NCBI GenBank assembly: GCA_046351595.1
Contig: JAXLYE010000004.1
Span: 513,219 to 577,218 of the forward strand
DNA from: Polyangia bacterium
GTDB taxonomy: Bacteria; Myxococcota_A; Polyangia; Palsa-1104; JAEUJZ01
Direction of reading: 5' to 3'
Length of the DNA stretch: 64,000 nucleotides
The notes below the pieces were generated by a model, which made no database searches, had not been told where the DNA came from, and worked only from the letters and a program-made list of their open reading frames with translations. Made by a program: the position numbers and the translations under genes. This document shows, in pieces, positions 9,200 through 20,200 of the stretch; the stretch's first letter is position 1, and each line of letters begins with the position of its first letter.

Positions 9200-9631
9200 T
9201 CACTGCGGCTGGCCCGCCTCCTGGGCGCGCCGGTTCTGTTCGATCCAGGCGCGCGCGTCCTGCTCGGTCGCCACGGAGGTGAGGGCGAGCTCGCTCCGCC
9301 CCAGCATGTTGATGGCGCGCAGCAGCAGCGTCCACATCGCGCGCGTCATGAAGCTGCTGCCGTACAGCGCGACCCCGTGGATCCGGTGCTCCTGGTGCCA
9401 GCGCGAGATCCAGCGCCGCCCCTGCGGCTGAATCACGCCCGCATCCTTCATATTTCCCAGCACGTAGACCGGACGTGAGTCCTTCAGGGCGGCCTCCAAG
9501 AGGCCATGGAATTCAATGATTTCGTTCAGCTCGAAATCGCCGCTGACATGAAGAAGATGGATATCGCCGTCGACTTGATAAGTATGTTTGCCCAATTGCT
9601 TCATAGTTGCCTCTTCATGACCTGACGGCAT
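9200..9631 (-). CDS. Small hypothetical protein, possibly STAS-like (anti-sigma-antagonist-like fold), encoded in a markedly lower-GC patch.
   Basis: 143-aa ORF (alternative start MKQLGKH at 9604). The local GC is visibly lower than the surroundings (many A/T-ending codons), suggesting foreign origin. The domain call is tentative. Confidence 0.4.
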   Translation of the reverse strand: MPSGHEEATMKQLGKHTYQVDGDIHLLHVSGDFELNEIIEFHGLLEAALKDSRPVYVLGNMKDAGVIQPQGRRWISRWHQEHRIHGVALYGSSFMTRAMWTLLLRAINMLGRSELALTSVATEQDARAWIEQNRRAQEAGQPQ

Positions 9632-9960
9632 ATGCTTCTACCTTAACGCACATCGGCGGCCGGTCCTGCTCTCCGGCCCGCGCTCTTCTCGCAAGCCGCG
9701 ATCCCGCCGCGCCGCGGCCTCGGTCCGTTCCCCCTGCCTATCAAGTATCATCCTTGCCGCCGCGTCACAAGTAGCTACGCGGCCCGGCGCTCGCGGCCCT
9801 TGCAGCGATTGCAGCAATTGCGGCGATTGCATCGGGGCGTTCGACCATTTAGGCTGATAAATGCGCCTTGGGGGGGATCGGCGTTGGCACATATGTGCTC
9901 GGCTATGTGCCTATTTTGGGGGGCGATCCGCCCATTGCAACCACGCGAAAGGAGACGAAC

Positions 9961-11241
9961 ATGTACGGCTCGCTCCTCCGTCTGCGCCTCCGGGTCGCCT
10001 CGCTGGTCACGTCGCTGGCCGCCTCTCTGGTCGCCTCGCTGGTCACGCCGCTTCTGGCCGCATCGAGCCTGGCTCTCGGCCCCGCCTGCGGGGACGGCGC
10101 GGCGCCGCTGGAGAGCGGAGCGAGCGCCCTCCTTTCCATCGGTCCCGGGAACATGAACGCTGCGGACTGGAACGGTGACTCGCTGCCGGATCTGTCGGTC
10201 GCCAACTTCCTGTCCGCCAACTTCGCGGTCCGTCTGAACGCGGGCACGGACCAGGGCCCGGGCGGCGCTACGTTCCAGGAGTCGCGGCTCTACCCGGCCG
10301 GGCTCTTTCCCTCGTTCATCGCCGCCGCGGACTTCAACCACGATAACCGCCTCGATGCCGCGGTCGTCAACGCGGTCTCGAACGATGTCTCGGTGCTGCT
10401 CGGCAAGGGCGATGGGTCGTTCCTGGCGACGCGTCAGTACCCGCTCTCCGATCCGCGGAAGCCGCTGCTCGGACTCGGCCTGGGTCCTTTTTCGATGGTC
10501 GCGCGCGACTTCAACCACGATCAGCACCCGGACATCGTGACCAACAACTCGCTGACCAACAACGTCTCGGTCCTCCTCGGAACCGGAACGGGGACCTTCC
10601 AGGCTGCGAAGACGTATCCGCTCCTGGGGCCCAAGAGCCTGGGGCTGGTCCCCTTCGCCCTCGCCACCGCCGACTTCGACGGCGACGGCAACTACGATCT
10701 CGCGGCCGGCGCGCTCAGCAGCGTCGTCATCCTGAAGGGACGCGCCGACGGCTCGTTCACCGCGGTGCGCGAGTACATGCACGGGATCGACACCGCCTGC
10801 GTCGATGTCGCCGACTTCGATGGCGACGGCAAGATGGACATCGCCGCGACGGCGACGGTGACCAACAGCTACACCATCCTGCTCGGCCGCGGCGACGGCA
10901 GCTTCACGATCAAGGAAACCCGGCCGGCCGGCGGCACCGCGCCGCAGTGCTTCAGCATCGGTGATCTCGACGGCGATCAGAAGCTCGACCTGGCCATCGT
11001 CAACACCGCGTCGGCCTCCGTCGGCGGCGCCGTCGCGGTGCTGCTCGGCAAGGGCGACGGAACCTTCGCGCAGCCCGTCGCCTATCCGGTCGGCATCCTG
11101 CCCTGGGCCTCTGCAATGGTCGACTTCAACCACGACGGCAACCTGGACGTCGCCGCGTGCAACGCCATAAATTCCTCGGTGTCGGTGCTGCTCGGAAACG
11201 GCGACGGAACGCTGCAGCCGCAGATCATGGTCCCGATGTAG
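9961..11241 (+). CDS. Secreted FG-GAP repeat (integrin-alpha-like beta-propeller) protein with about 7 repeats.
   Basis: Strong RBS AAAGGAGA before ATG 9961. Signal-peptide-like N-terminus (LVTSLAASLVASLVTPLLAAS). Repeated DFNHDxxxD...NxVSVLLGxGDGxF units typical of FG-GAP/VCBS repeats. Confidence 0.75.
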   Translation: MYGSLLRLRLRVASLVTSLAASLVASLVTPLLAASSLALGPACGDGAAPLESGASALLSIGPGNMNAADWNGDSLPDLSVANFLSANFAVRLNAGTDQGPGGATFQESRLYPAGLFPSFIAAADFNHDNRLDAAVVNAVSNDVSVLLGKGDGSFLATRQYPLSDPRKPLLGLGLGPFSMVARDFNHDQHPDIVTNNSLTNNVSVLLGTGTGTFQAAKTYPLLGPKSLGLVPFALATADFDGDGNYDLAAGALSSVVILKGRADGSFTAVREYMHGIDTACVDVADFDGDGKMDIAATATVTNSYTILLGRGDGSFTIKETRPAGGTAPQCFSIGDLDGDQKLDLAIVNTASASVGGAVAVLLGKGDGTFAQPVAYPVGILPWASAMVDFNHDGNLDVAACNAINSSVSVLLGNGDGTLQPQIMVPM

Positions 11242-11325
11242 CGGCGTGTCGGGGGCGCCGCGGTGATGCCGGCAGACAGTGCCCTGCCGCGTCGCCGCGC
11301 TGATAAGATCCGGACGGGGGTGCGC

Positions 11326-12771
11326 ATGGATCCGCGGCTGCGGCTTCGTCGCATGATCGGCGAGCTCGATCTCGATCCGCTGCGCGCGCTCGCCGATCGG
11401 ATCACCGGCGCGCAGTTCGCCGCGCTGTTTCACCCGCGCCCGCGGGAACGCGGCATCTCGCTGCACCTGGGTCCTTATACGACTCCGTATCTGGAGGGAG
11501 ATCAGGGCTCGGACGAGGCGCGGGCGGCGCGTGCCGAGCTGCTCACGCTCAAGCGCGAGCTCGAGCAGGAGCTCACGGACTTGGAGCGCCGCGCCGGACC
11601 CCTGTTCCCTTCCCGCCGCGCCGAGCTGTGCACCCTGACCGCGCAGTTCCTGCTGGCCGTCGCGCCGCGGGATCTGAGCACCACGGCGCTGCGTACCTAC
11701 GGGCTCGGGCTGATCTGGATGTTCGCGGTGGACGACGGGGTCGATCGAGTGACGGCCCGGATCAACGATCTGAACCTGCCGGGGTGCCGGATGTGGTATC
11801 CGCGCGTCGTGCAGCGGCTGGTCGAGCGCCACATCGCGAGCCTGAGAGCGGGGCTGCGCGGGCAGCCGTGCCCTGCGCTCCCGACGGACTGGCGGGAGGC
11901 CGTGCTCGTCGGGACGGAGCTGCCGCTCGGCCGGCTGGAGCGGGGGCTGCACAGCGCGCTCGGCTGGTACATGGGCAGGGGGATGCGGAAGCTCTACGCG
12001 CTGGGCGGGCTGCTGCACCGCTGCGGCCTGCTCCTGCGGGAGCTCTGCGCGCGTCTTTACAAGACCGCCCCGGAGGCGCTGCCGGGCGAGGCGTGCCAGG
12101 CGCTCGTCCGCGTCGCCGCGCCCTTCGTCAACATCCTGTCCGAGAGCCTCCTCAAGAAGGTGGACGAGGTCGCCGCGGCACCGACGAGCGCCGAGGCGTA
12201 TTACGTCCGGCACGCGCAGACGAGCGGCACGCGCATGACCTTCGAGCTCGGCATCCTCATCACCGGGCTCGATCGCCGCCTGCAGCTGCAGGCGCGCGCG
12301 GCGCTGCAGGTCGAGCGCGCGATGGAGCATGCGTATCGCTGCGTCCTTTTGGCAAACGAGAGCTGCTTCGCGCGCGACATCGGCACGGCCGAGGAGTCGC
12401 TGGTGGCGGTCCTGATCGCCGAGGCGCTGCGCGAGGCGGGGCCGGCGCCGTTCCTGGGGACGCAGCGCGCGCACGGCCAGGTGCTGCGCCGGTACGGACA
12501 TACGCCCGCGGCGTTCGCGGCGGTAAAGCGCATCTATGCCGATCTGCGGAGCCACCTCTTCGCGCTGCTCGACGCCTGCGAGGCGCTGCTCGGCACCGCG
12601 CCGCCCGACGCTGTGGCGGTCGCGCGCTGCATCGCCGAGACCCTGCTGTTGTGGGCCGTGGGCTATCACCTGCTGAACCCGACCTGCAGCCGCTACGGCG
12701 ACTCGTTTGCGGCCGTCGCGGCGGTGCTGCACGACGACTATGCGCGGTTCCGTCGCGTGGTGCGGCGGTGA
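11326..12771 (+). CDS. Terpene-synthase-like protein (class I DDxxD metal-binding motif); function uncertain.
   Basis: LIWMFAVDDGVD resembles the aspartate-rich DDxxD motif of class I terpene cyclases. Mostly alpha-helical composition. No clean NSE/DTE triad was found, so the call is weak. Confidence 0.3.
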   Translation: MDPRLRLRRMIGELDLDPLRALADRITGAQFAALFHPRPRERGISLHLGPYTTPYLEGDQGSDEARAARAELLTLKRELEQELTDLERRAGPLFPSRRAELCTLTAQFLLAVAPRDLSTTALRTYGLGLIWMFAVDDGVDRVTARINDLNLPGCRMWYPRVVQRLVERHIASLRAGLRGQPCPALPTDWREAVLVGTELPLGRLERGLHSALGWYMGRGMRKLYALGGLLHRCGLLLRELCARLYKTAPEALPGEACQALVRVAAPFVNILSESLLKKVDEVAAAPTSAEAYYVRHAQTSGTRMTFELGILITGLDRRLQLQARAALQVERAMEHAYRCVLLANESCFARDIGTAEESLVAVLIAEALREAGPAPFLGTQRAHGQVLRRYGHTPAAFAAVKRIYADLRSHLFALLDACEALLGTAPPDAVAVARCIAETLLLWAVGYHLLNPTCSRYGDSFAAVAAVLHDDYARFRRVVRR

Positions 12772-13191
12772 GGCTGCGGAACCGCTGTTCCGCGGGCCCC
12801 CAGGCGCAGCGCCGGCGAGGCCGCGGGAGAGCCCTTCGGCCCGTCGCCCCGTCTGTCCGCAGGCGCTCGACGGCGGCTTGAATTAAGAAGGCCGCGACGG
12901 CGGGGCCGGAATCTGTGCCAGGTACGCCAAGCCTGATTAAGCCGCCCGAGTTCGTTCCCACATCGGACTACGGGAGGCGCGTGTCATGAAGACAGAGAAA
13001 AGGGCTCACCCTGCGGAGCGGACATTATCGGCCGTGAGGGAACGCGGCGAATCCGGCAGCTCGTGCGCGAGTACAGATCCAGCAGCACCGGATAGCGGCC
13101 TTCCTCGGCCCAGAGGTCGTACGGAGAATGCGTACCTCACGCATTGTCCTTGGCGAAGAAGCCCGCTGCAGGCGTGCGCCGTCCTGCGACG

Positions 13192-15313
13192 CTACCCGCT
13201 GCCGGCGGTTGTCCGCGCAGCCGCTGCTTGGACGCGCAGCGATCGGAGCTCGGTCACCCAGTCACAATCAGGCGGCATCGACATGCGGACGGAGCGCCCG
13301 GCCGGCCCGCCGAAGAACGCCGTCGCCAGGATCTGACCGAGCACAGAGCTGCTACCCGTGAAGCCCTGGCTCTCTCCGCGCACCCGCTCCTGCAGCAGAG
13401 GCTCCAGGTCCATCGGCTGCAGCGTGACGACCAGCAGGTACTCCAGCTGCGCTTCGGTCGGGCGCTGCCCGTCCGCACGTACGGGCAGCTCGCGCGGGAA
13501 GCGGACCCGGATCGGTCTCCCCTCTCCGAGCCCGATCCGTCCGCTGCCGTGCGCAGCCAGCGGAGCGCTTGCCCCGCGCGGCGGATAGACCTGCCGGATG
13601 CCGGCGGCCTGATCGATCTCAAGCACCGAGACGTAGACCTCGAGCCGCGAGCGGTTGGTGATCTCCAGAGCCAGCTGCGCACCGTCTGTGACGATCGGGA
13701 GCTCGGTCGGAGCCTTGTGCAGCGCAGTCGGGTCGCCCGATCCGGGCAGCAGGTAGATGGCGAGGTCGAGCTGTCCGCGCAGCGCGCTGCGTGGGTTGCA
13801 GAGGGTGCGGACAAAGTGCCTTCGCACCAGGCGCTCCAGGTTCTTCAGCACGCCCTGCGTCTGCACGCGGCGCAGCGGCGCGCCCCAGATCTCACCGCCG
13901 TCATCGACGATGAGGAAGCAGGTGTGATCCAGCGCGCCGAGCTGCGGGGCGATATCACCGGCTCGGATGTCCTGGCGGGCCGGGACCAGGTGCACACTCA
14001 AGCGCGGCGTCTCTTTACCCGCCACCAGCCGGAGCCAGGGAGAGCTCTGGATCCCGCTCAGCAGATCCTGCAGTTCATCACGGCTGCCCTTCTGCTGCGG
14101 GACCGCCTGCAGCTGCACGACGGCACCGCCCGCGCCGGTGTGATCATAGACCGCGACCGACCACTTCGTATCCAGCGGCTGCTCGGCGAGGACCGCGCGC
14201 CACAGCGGCTCGACCGGCCCGGCGTCGTGGATCAGGTGCGCCTGCGCGCGTGTCGCATCCGACGAGATCACCCGCACCCGGGGCCGCGCGCTCGCTTCCT
14301 CGGTGAGCTCCAGGTGCTGCGTGCCGGGCGGGAACAGCACCCATTCGCTGCTCACCACGACCCCGCGCGGCTTGCCTCCGCTCAGCCAGACCGTGCGCTC
14401 TGCGGTCACGCTCTCGACCAGGACATACGGTGCGATCTCGCGATCGCTCATGTCGAACAGCACCCGCTGCCGCGCGCCTTCGATCTGGGGGTGCTGGGTC
14501 GGGATCGCTCGAGTCACCGCGCAGGCGGCTCTCTCAAAGACGTCCTGGTAGGTCGATCCGGCGGGTGCGGACAGCAGGGCCTGCGCCAGCTCATACGTCA
14601 GCGCGCCGTGGTGGATCGTCTCTCCACCATCGAACACCGCGACCTCACGCGCCTTTTCCTTCGCCAGGCATGCACCGATGTATACGTAGTGATCGCTCGC
14701 GGGCAGCCACTCAGCCTGGCTCCCGAGCAGCGGCAGCAACTTCGGGTCGATCGGCGAGGCCGGTAGCTCGGAGAGCGCGCGCGGATCGGCCGGCAGCCCG
14801 CGCTCGCCGCTGAGCACCGGACCCGCCGAGCGGTGCATGGTGGCGGAGTGGCAGCAGTCAAATAGCAGCGTGATGAAGCGTGTCTTGTTCGCCAGCCGGA
14901 TCAGCCACAGCCGTAGCTCGTCATCGGTGATGTCGCGGTTCGGGTGCGCGCCGCGCCCGCTGTCGAACGGGATCAGCGTGTCATCGAGCTTCGGGTCCAG
15001 CTTGGTCCCCTCGCGGTCTGCCATCTGCGAGCCGTGGCCGGCGTAGAACAGGACCACGACATCATCCGGCGCGGTCCGCTCGACCAGCGCGTCCAGCTCA
15101 CGCAAGATCGCCGCGCGCGTCGCTGCCTCGTTGAGCAGGAGCGTCACGCTGGAGCGCGCAAAGCCGAACCGCTCGACGAGCAGCTGCTGGATGAGCCGTA
15201 CATCGTTCACGCAGCCGCGCAGATCGTGCGACTCCAGTACGTGCCCGCTGGCGTCTACGTGGCGCAGGAAGGGATAATTCTGGATTCCGATCAGCAGGGC
15301 GTGCCGGTTCATG
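13192..15313 (-). CDS. Caspase-like (peptidase C14 / metacaspase-type) domain protein with an uncharacterised C-terminal region of about 530 aa.
   Basis: N-terminal domain HALLIGIQNY...GCVNDV...DDVVVLFYAGHGSQ (catalytic His)...ITLLFDCCHSATM (catalytic Cys). ATG at 15313. Divergently oriented from the CHAT gene across a 235-bp intergenic region. Confidence 0.8.
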
Positions 15314-15548
15314 TCTGCTCCAGTGCGCGGGTCGTCAGGCCCAGGACCCGCCGGCCGCACGTACCCAATCAGTAACCTTATTCCGTCCCCCGTTACAGTG
15401 CCGCCACGGGGGGGAGACAGCGACCGGCCTGGGGTCCGGTGTGCAGCCACCTCGCGTCGACATCGCTCTGCATTGCGAGCGGACCGCCTGACGCTGCGGT
15501 GGCTGAGTGCGCGTGGCATGGTGATTGCTTTTTTGTCGCCAGACGTTC

Positions 15549-17246
15549 ATGAGTACGACAAAACCTACCATCCTGTTCCTGTCCGCGAACCCGAGTACCA
15601 CACGGAGGCTCGAGCTCGGTCAGGAACTGGGCGCGATCAAAGAGCAGCTTCGATCCTGCGGAGCCGAGGACCGGATCGAGCTGCAGATCGAGCCGGCGCT
15701 GCGTGCGGACATGCTGCAGGCGGCCCTGCTGGGACACCGACCGCAGATCGTCCACTTCAGCGCGCACGGCAGTCCCGAGGGAGAGCTGGAGCTCGGCGGC
15801 AGCGGCAGCGAGGATCTGCAGGCCGTCTCGGCCGCGCAGCTGAAGCAGGTATTTGAGGTCCTGGGCAAGGGCATCCTCTGCGTAGTGCTCAACGCCTGCT
15901 ACTCTGAGAAGCAGGCAGAGGCCCTGCGCTCGGTCGTTCCCTGCGTGGTGGGCATGTCCCGCGCCGTCAGCGACCCTGCCGCGCAGACCTTCGCCGCCAG
16001 CTTCTACCAGGCGCTGGCCCGCGGAGAGAACGTCGCCACCGCGTTCAAGGTCGGCTGCAATCAGATCGGATTTACGCCCGCGGCCGAAGAGCAGACCGTG
16101 CCGCGCCTGCTGGAGCATGAGGAGCACGGCGCCGAGCACCTGTATCTGTTCCCTCCCGAGCCCGTGAGCGAGCCGCCGGTCAGCCCCAGGCGGGAGTCCG
16201 GAGGCAGCGCAGCGGCTGCGCCAGAGAACGCGAGCTGGGAGGGACTCCTCCGGATGACAACCATCCGTGAGCACCTCTCGAGCTTTCGCAGCCTGTTCGC
16301 CACGGTCAGCGAGCAGATCCGCGAGCTGGCCTGGCACAAGAAGCTGCACGATCTCTTCCAGGAGCTCAACCACCCCTATCACAACCTGAAGAACGAGCTG
16401 GCCCGGTGTGGCGACACGCCCGATTCCTGGAAGAAGAACAAGAAGTACCTGGTAGGTCATATCAGCCTAACCAAGCTGAAGGGTCTTGAGATCCTCGCCC
16501 ACATCGAGTCCGCGCCGCCGCGCGTAAAGACCGTGTTCGAGGGGCGCAAGCGCATCCTGGCCAGCGCCATCCAGATGCTGGAGAAGGCCCAGAGCAGCGG
16601 CGACATCCGCGTGCTGAACACGGCCGTGTACGAGCGGCTGGCCAAGTCGCTTGAAAATGATCCAGCGGTGGCCAACCAGCACCTGGTCGAGATCGCAAGA
16701 GGCCTGGATCCTCAGCTGGTGCGGGTCGTCGATGCGCTCCAGAGCGCAAATTCAAAACTCAAGACCTCGGTCCACACGGACTCCCGGGTCCAGTTCCTGG
16801 GAGAGCAGATCCTGGAGCTGTCCAGCCTGCGCGAGAGCCTGTCCTGCCTGGTCGGTCAGCACGACTGCTGGCAGTCCTTTGACACCTACCTCCGCCCGGT
16901 GATCTCGGCGACGACCGTACCCGAGTTCAGATCGGGCTGGGAGCTGATCCGGATGGTCGAGCCCACCATCTTGACCCCGGAGGTCGAGACCGAGAAGTGG
17001 GCGGCTGACCTGAAGAAGAGGAGCGCAGACATCGAGCAGGCGCTGGCCGCGGAGAAACCCGCGGAGGGCTCCGCCAAGGCGAGCGATGAAGACTGCAGCG
17101 TCTTCGGGCTTAATCAGGAGTACTTCGACATCGCCACCATGCGGTTTGAAGAGATCGACAAAGCGCTGCTGCGCGTGTGCGAGAAGCTGAAAGAAAAGGG
17201 CGACCTGTTGGACGTCGCGGTGAGGATGCTCGATGGAAAACCGTAG
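15549..17246 (+). CDS. CHAT-domain (caspase-fold protease-like) protein with a helical C-terminal region.
   Basis: N-terminal block ILFLSANP...IVHFSAHG (His)...VVLNACYS (Cys) matches the conserved CHAT dyad pattern. The stop overlaps the next gene's start (ATGGAAAACCGTAG), indicating translational coupling. Confidence 0.7.
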   Translation: MSTTKPTILFLSANPSTTRRLELGQELGAIKEQLRSCGAEDRIELQIEPALRADMLQAALLGHRPQIVHFSAHGSPEGELELGGSGSEDLQAVSAAQLKQVFEVLGKGILCVVLNACYSEKQAEALRSVVPCVVGMSRAVSDPAAQTFAASFYQALARGENVATAFKVGCNQIGFTPAAEEQTVPRLLEHEEHGAEHLYLFPPEPVSEPPVSPRRESGGSAAAAPENASWEGLLRMTTIREHLSSFRSLFATVSEQIRELAWHKKLHDLFQELNHPYHNLKNELARCGDTPDSWKKNKKYLVGHISLTKLKGLEILAHIESAPPRVKTVFEGRKRILASAIQMLEKAQSSGDIRVLNTAVYERLAKSLENDPAVANQHLVEIARGLDPQLVRVVDALQSANSKLKTSVHTDSRVQFLGEQILELSSLRESLSCLVGQHDCWQSFDTYLRPVISATTVPEFRSGWELIRMVEPTILTPEVETEKWAADLKKRSADIEQALAAEKPAEGSAKASDEDCSVFGLNQEYFDIATMRFEEIDKALLRVCEKLKEKGDLLDVAVRMLDGKP

Positions 17247-20200
17247 CGAAGGCGCGTCGAGTAGTGATTCCGTCTCCTCCGAGATGGCTGCGCTCAAGGC
17301 GCTGCTGGCGCATATCGAAGAAGCGCTGAAGACGCGGGCCGTCATTGACGCCATGTCGGCGCTGCGCGACGCCCAGGTCGCGCTCAGCGAAGCGCGCCAG
17401 CGCGGCGGAGAGACCCCGGAGTTCGTCGTGCTCCTGGAGCGGCTGCTGGCAGTGGGCCGGGCGCTCGGGGCGCTCCTGGACAGCTCCAGAGAGCGCGGGC
17501 ATGCGCAGAGCCTCCTCAGCTTCTGGGGCAACCTGCTGCTCCATGCCGGCCGCGAGAGCCCGGACATCACGCTCGCGGATTTTGATCGCGAGCAGCTCCC
17601 GACTCTCGAAGACAAGCAGTGTCCCTACCTGGGCCTGGAGACGTTCCACGAGGAGGACAGCGGTCGCTTCTTTGGCCGCAACAGGGTCATCGAGAAGCTG
17701 GAGAACACGCTGGCGCAGGGGCGCGTCCTGGCGGTGCTGGGCCCGTCGGGGAGCGGCAAGTCCTCGGTCGTGCTGGCCGGGCTGGTCCCGCGCCTCTGCA
17801 AGCGCCTGGGCATCAGCGCGCTGATCATGGTCCCTGGGACGGAGCCGGTGGCGGCGCTGCGCGCGCTCGGGATCTCGGCGGAGCAGACCCGTCCCGTCTT
17901 CCTGGTCGTCGACCAGCTGGAAGAGATCTTCACCCTGTGCGACAGCGAGGCGCTGAGGCAGCAGTTCTTCTCGGAGATCCTGGCGCTGATCCGCAGCCCG
18001 ATCGAGCACAAGGTCGTCCTGACGCTTCGCAGCGACTTCGAGGAGAACCTGGCGGAGTACAAGGAGCTCAACGAGCTCCTGCACGCAAAGAATCACCATG
18101 AGGTCATCGAACCGCTGAGCAAGGACGAGCTGCGCGAAGCCATCGAGCGACCGGCCGCCGAGGTCGGGCTGCGCTTCGAGGCCGGCGTGGTGGACAGGCT
18201 CATCGACGATGTCGTCGGACAGCCGGCCAGCCTGCCGCTGCTCCAGTTCGCGCTCCTCAAGCTGTGGGACATGCGTGATCACAACCGCATCACGCTGGCT
18301 CTTTACAACAGCCTGGGCGGTGCGCGCGAGGCGCTGTGCAACTGCGCGGACGATGTCTACCAGCACCTGCAGGAGGAGGACAAGAAGACCGCGGACAAGG
18401 TGCTGCTTCTGCTGGCCGTGCCCGTGGCGACGCGACGGGAGGTGACGCGCAGCCGTGTCTCTTTGTCCGAGCTCTACGGCTCTCTGGGAGAAACCCGAGA
18501 GCGCGTGGATCGGATCCTTGCTTCGTTCGAGCAGGCGCGCTTGCTGCGGCGGACGCCGAAGCGGGTCAGCGGCCAGGCGGAGCCGCCGCCCGACAAGGTC
18601 CTGATCGAGTTCGCGCACGAGGCGCTCGTGCGCAACTGGGATCGCCTCGAGGAGCAGATCGACTCCGTCCGCGAGTGGCTCGGTCGCAAGCGCGAGCTGG
18701 AAGCGCTGGCGCAGAGCTGGATCCGCCGGCAGAAGGAGAGCCCGGACGCCGGCCTGCTCGGCTCCGAGGAGGTCCGCAGCGCCGAGCGCGACAAGCAGGA
18801 GATCGAGCGTCTCGGGATCCCGGTGGACGCAGGGGTCGGCCGGCTGATCGAGGCCAGCATCGCGGCCGTTGACCGAAAGGAGCAGGAGCAGGAGCGGGCC
18901 CGGATGCTCGAGCAGGACCGGCTCCGTGAGCAGGCGCTGGCGCAGGAGAAGCTGGCCCAGAGCGAGCGGCTGCGTGCGGACCAGGCGGCGGCGGCTGCGG
19001 CGAGCGCGAGCGTGAGCCGGCGGCGCCTGCAGTGGGCCACGGCGCTGCTCGGGGTCGCGCTGACCCTGGCGCTGGGCTGCTTCCTCTTCTTCCTCTGGTA
19101 CAAGGACAAGGTGCAGAAGCAGACCGCACGGTCCGAAGCGGACGCATGGATCGAGCAGGCCCGCCAGCTCCTGAACCCGGTGCCGACACCGGACCGGAAC
19201 CCTGCCATCCTCGAGCTCAACCGCCTCTACACGGCGCATCCCGACGATCCGCTGCTGCCGGACCTGTTGGCGGACGTGCGGCGGCGCATGTTCGACGGGC
19301 TCCACACCATCCTGGTCGGCCACGAGGAGCCCGTCTCGGGCGGCGTATTCAGCCCGGACGGACTCTCAATCGTCACGGTCGATGAGAAGGGCAAGCTCGT
19401 GCTCTGGGACGTCGAGTCCGGTGGCCAGAAGAGCTCCGTGCCCGCAAAGGCAGCGCGCAGCATCACCTGGAGCCCGAGCGGACGGTCCCTGGCTGCAGGC
19501 TGCGCAGAGGGCCGCATCCAGATCTGGGAGGTGGACCAGCAGCGCTTCAGCCGCAGCCTGCCCGCACCGCAGCCCAACGCAGACAACGGCGCCATCACGA
19601 GCCTGACCTACAGCCCGGACGGCCGCAGCCTGGCCGCTGCGGGCTGGCCCAGCGTGGTTATCTGGAGATTGGACGAAGCGGGGACCGCGTGGCGGCCGGT
19701 GCGCGCGCTGCGCGTGTCGGACGAGCCCCTCGGCTCCCAGCCGACGGCCCCGACCGAGGCCCTGCCGATGGCCGACCAGCGCGTACAGCGTGCGGCGGAG
19801 CCGCGCGCCCCCAGCGCCGACAAGCCGCTCCAGGTAGCCAAGTCCAACCCTCCGCTTGAGCGCACCCCCGTGAGCTACGCCGCCTGGAGCCCCGACGGGC
19901 AGATCCTTGCCACTGCGTGGGACAGCTCGCAAGCGGTGAGGCTCTGGCATGTTCGGACCGGTGGGCTGCTGAAGACCGTCGCACACCTCAGCAACGTCCG
20001 CGGCGTCGCCTTCAGCCCCGACGGGCGCAGCTTCGCGACGATCGGGGAGGACGGCGTGGCGCGCCTGTGGATCACCAGCAGCGGCACGCCGGCGCGGCTC
20101 AGCCGCCGCGGACATGGCGGTGAGGCATTCGGCGTGGCCTGGAGCCCGGACGGGCGCCAGCTCGTCACCGCGGGCCGCGACCGGACGGCACGGGTGTGGG

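Noticed and set aside
9775-12732. 985-aa minus-strand ORF.
   Set aside because: It is antisense to the well-supported FG-GAP and terpene-synthase-like genes and its composition is dominated by R/A/G/Q.
17110-19323. 737-aa minus-strand ORF and other antisense ORFs within the NTPase-WD40 gene.
   Set aside because: The plus frame carries Walker A/B and WD40 repeats; the antisense frames are GC artefacts.
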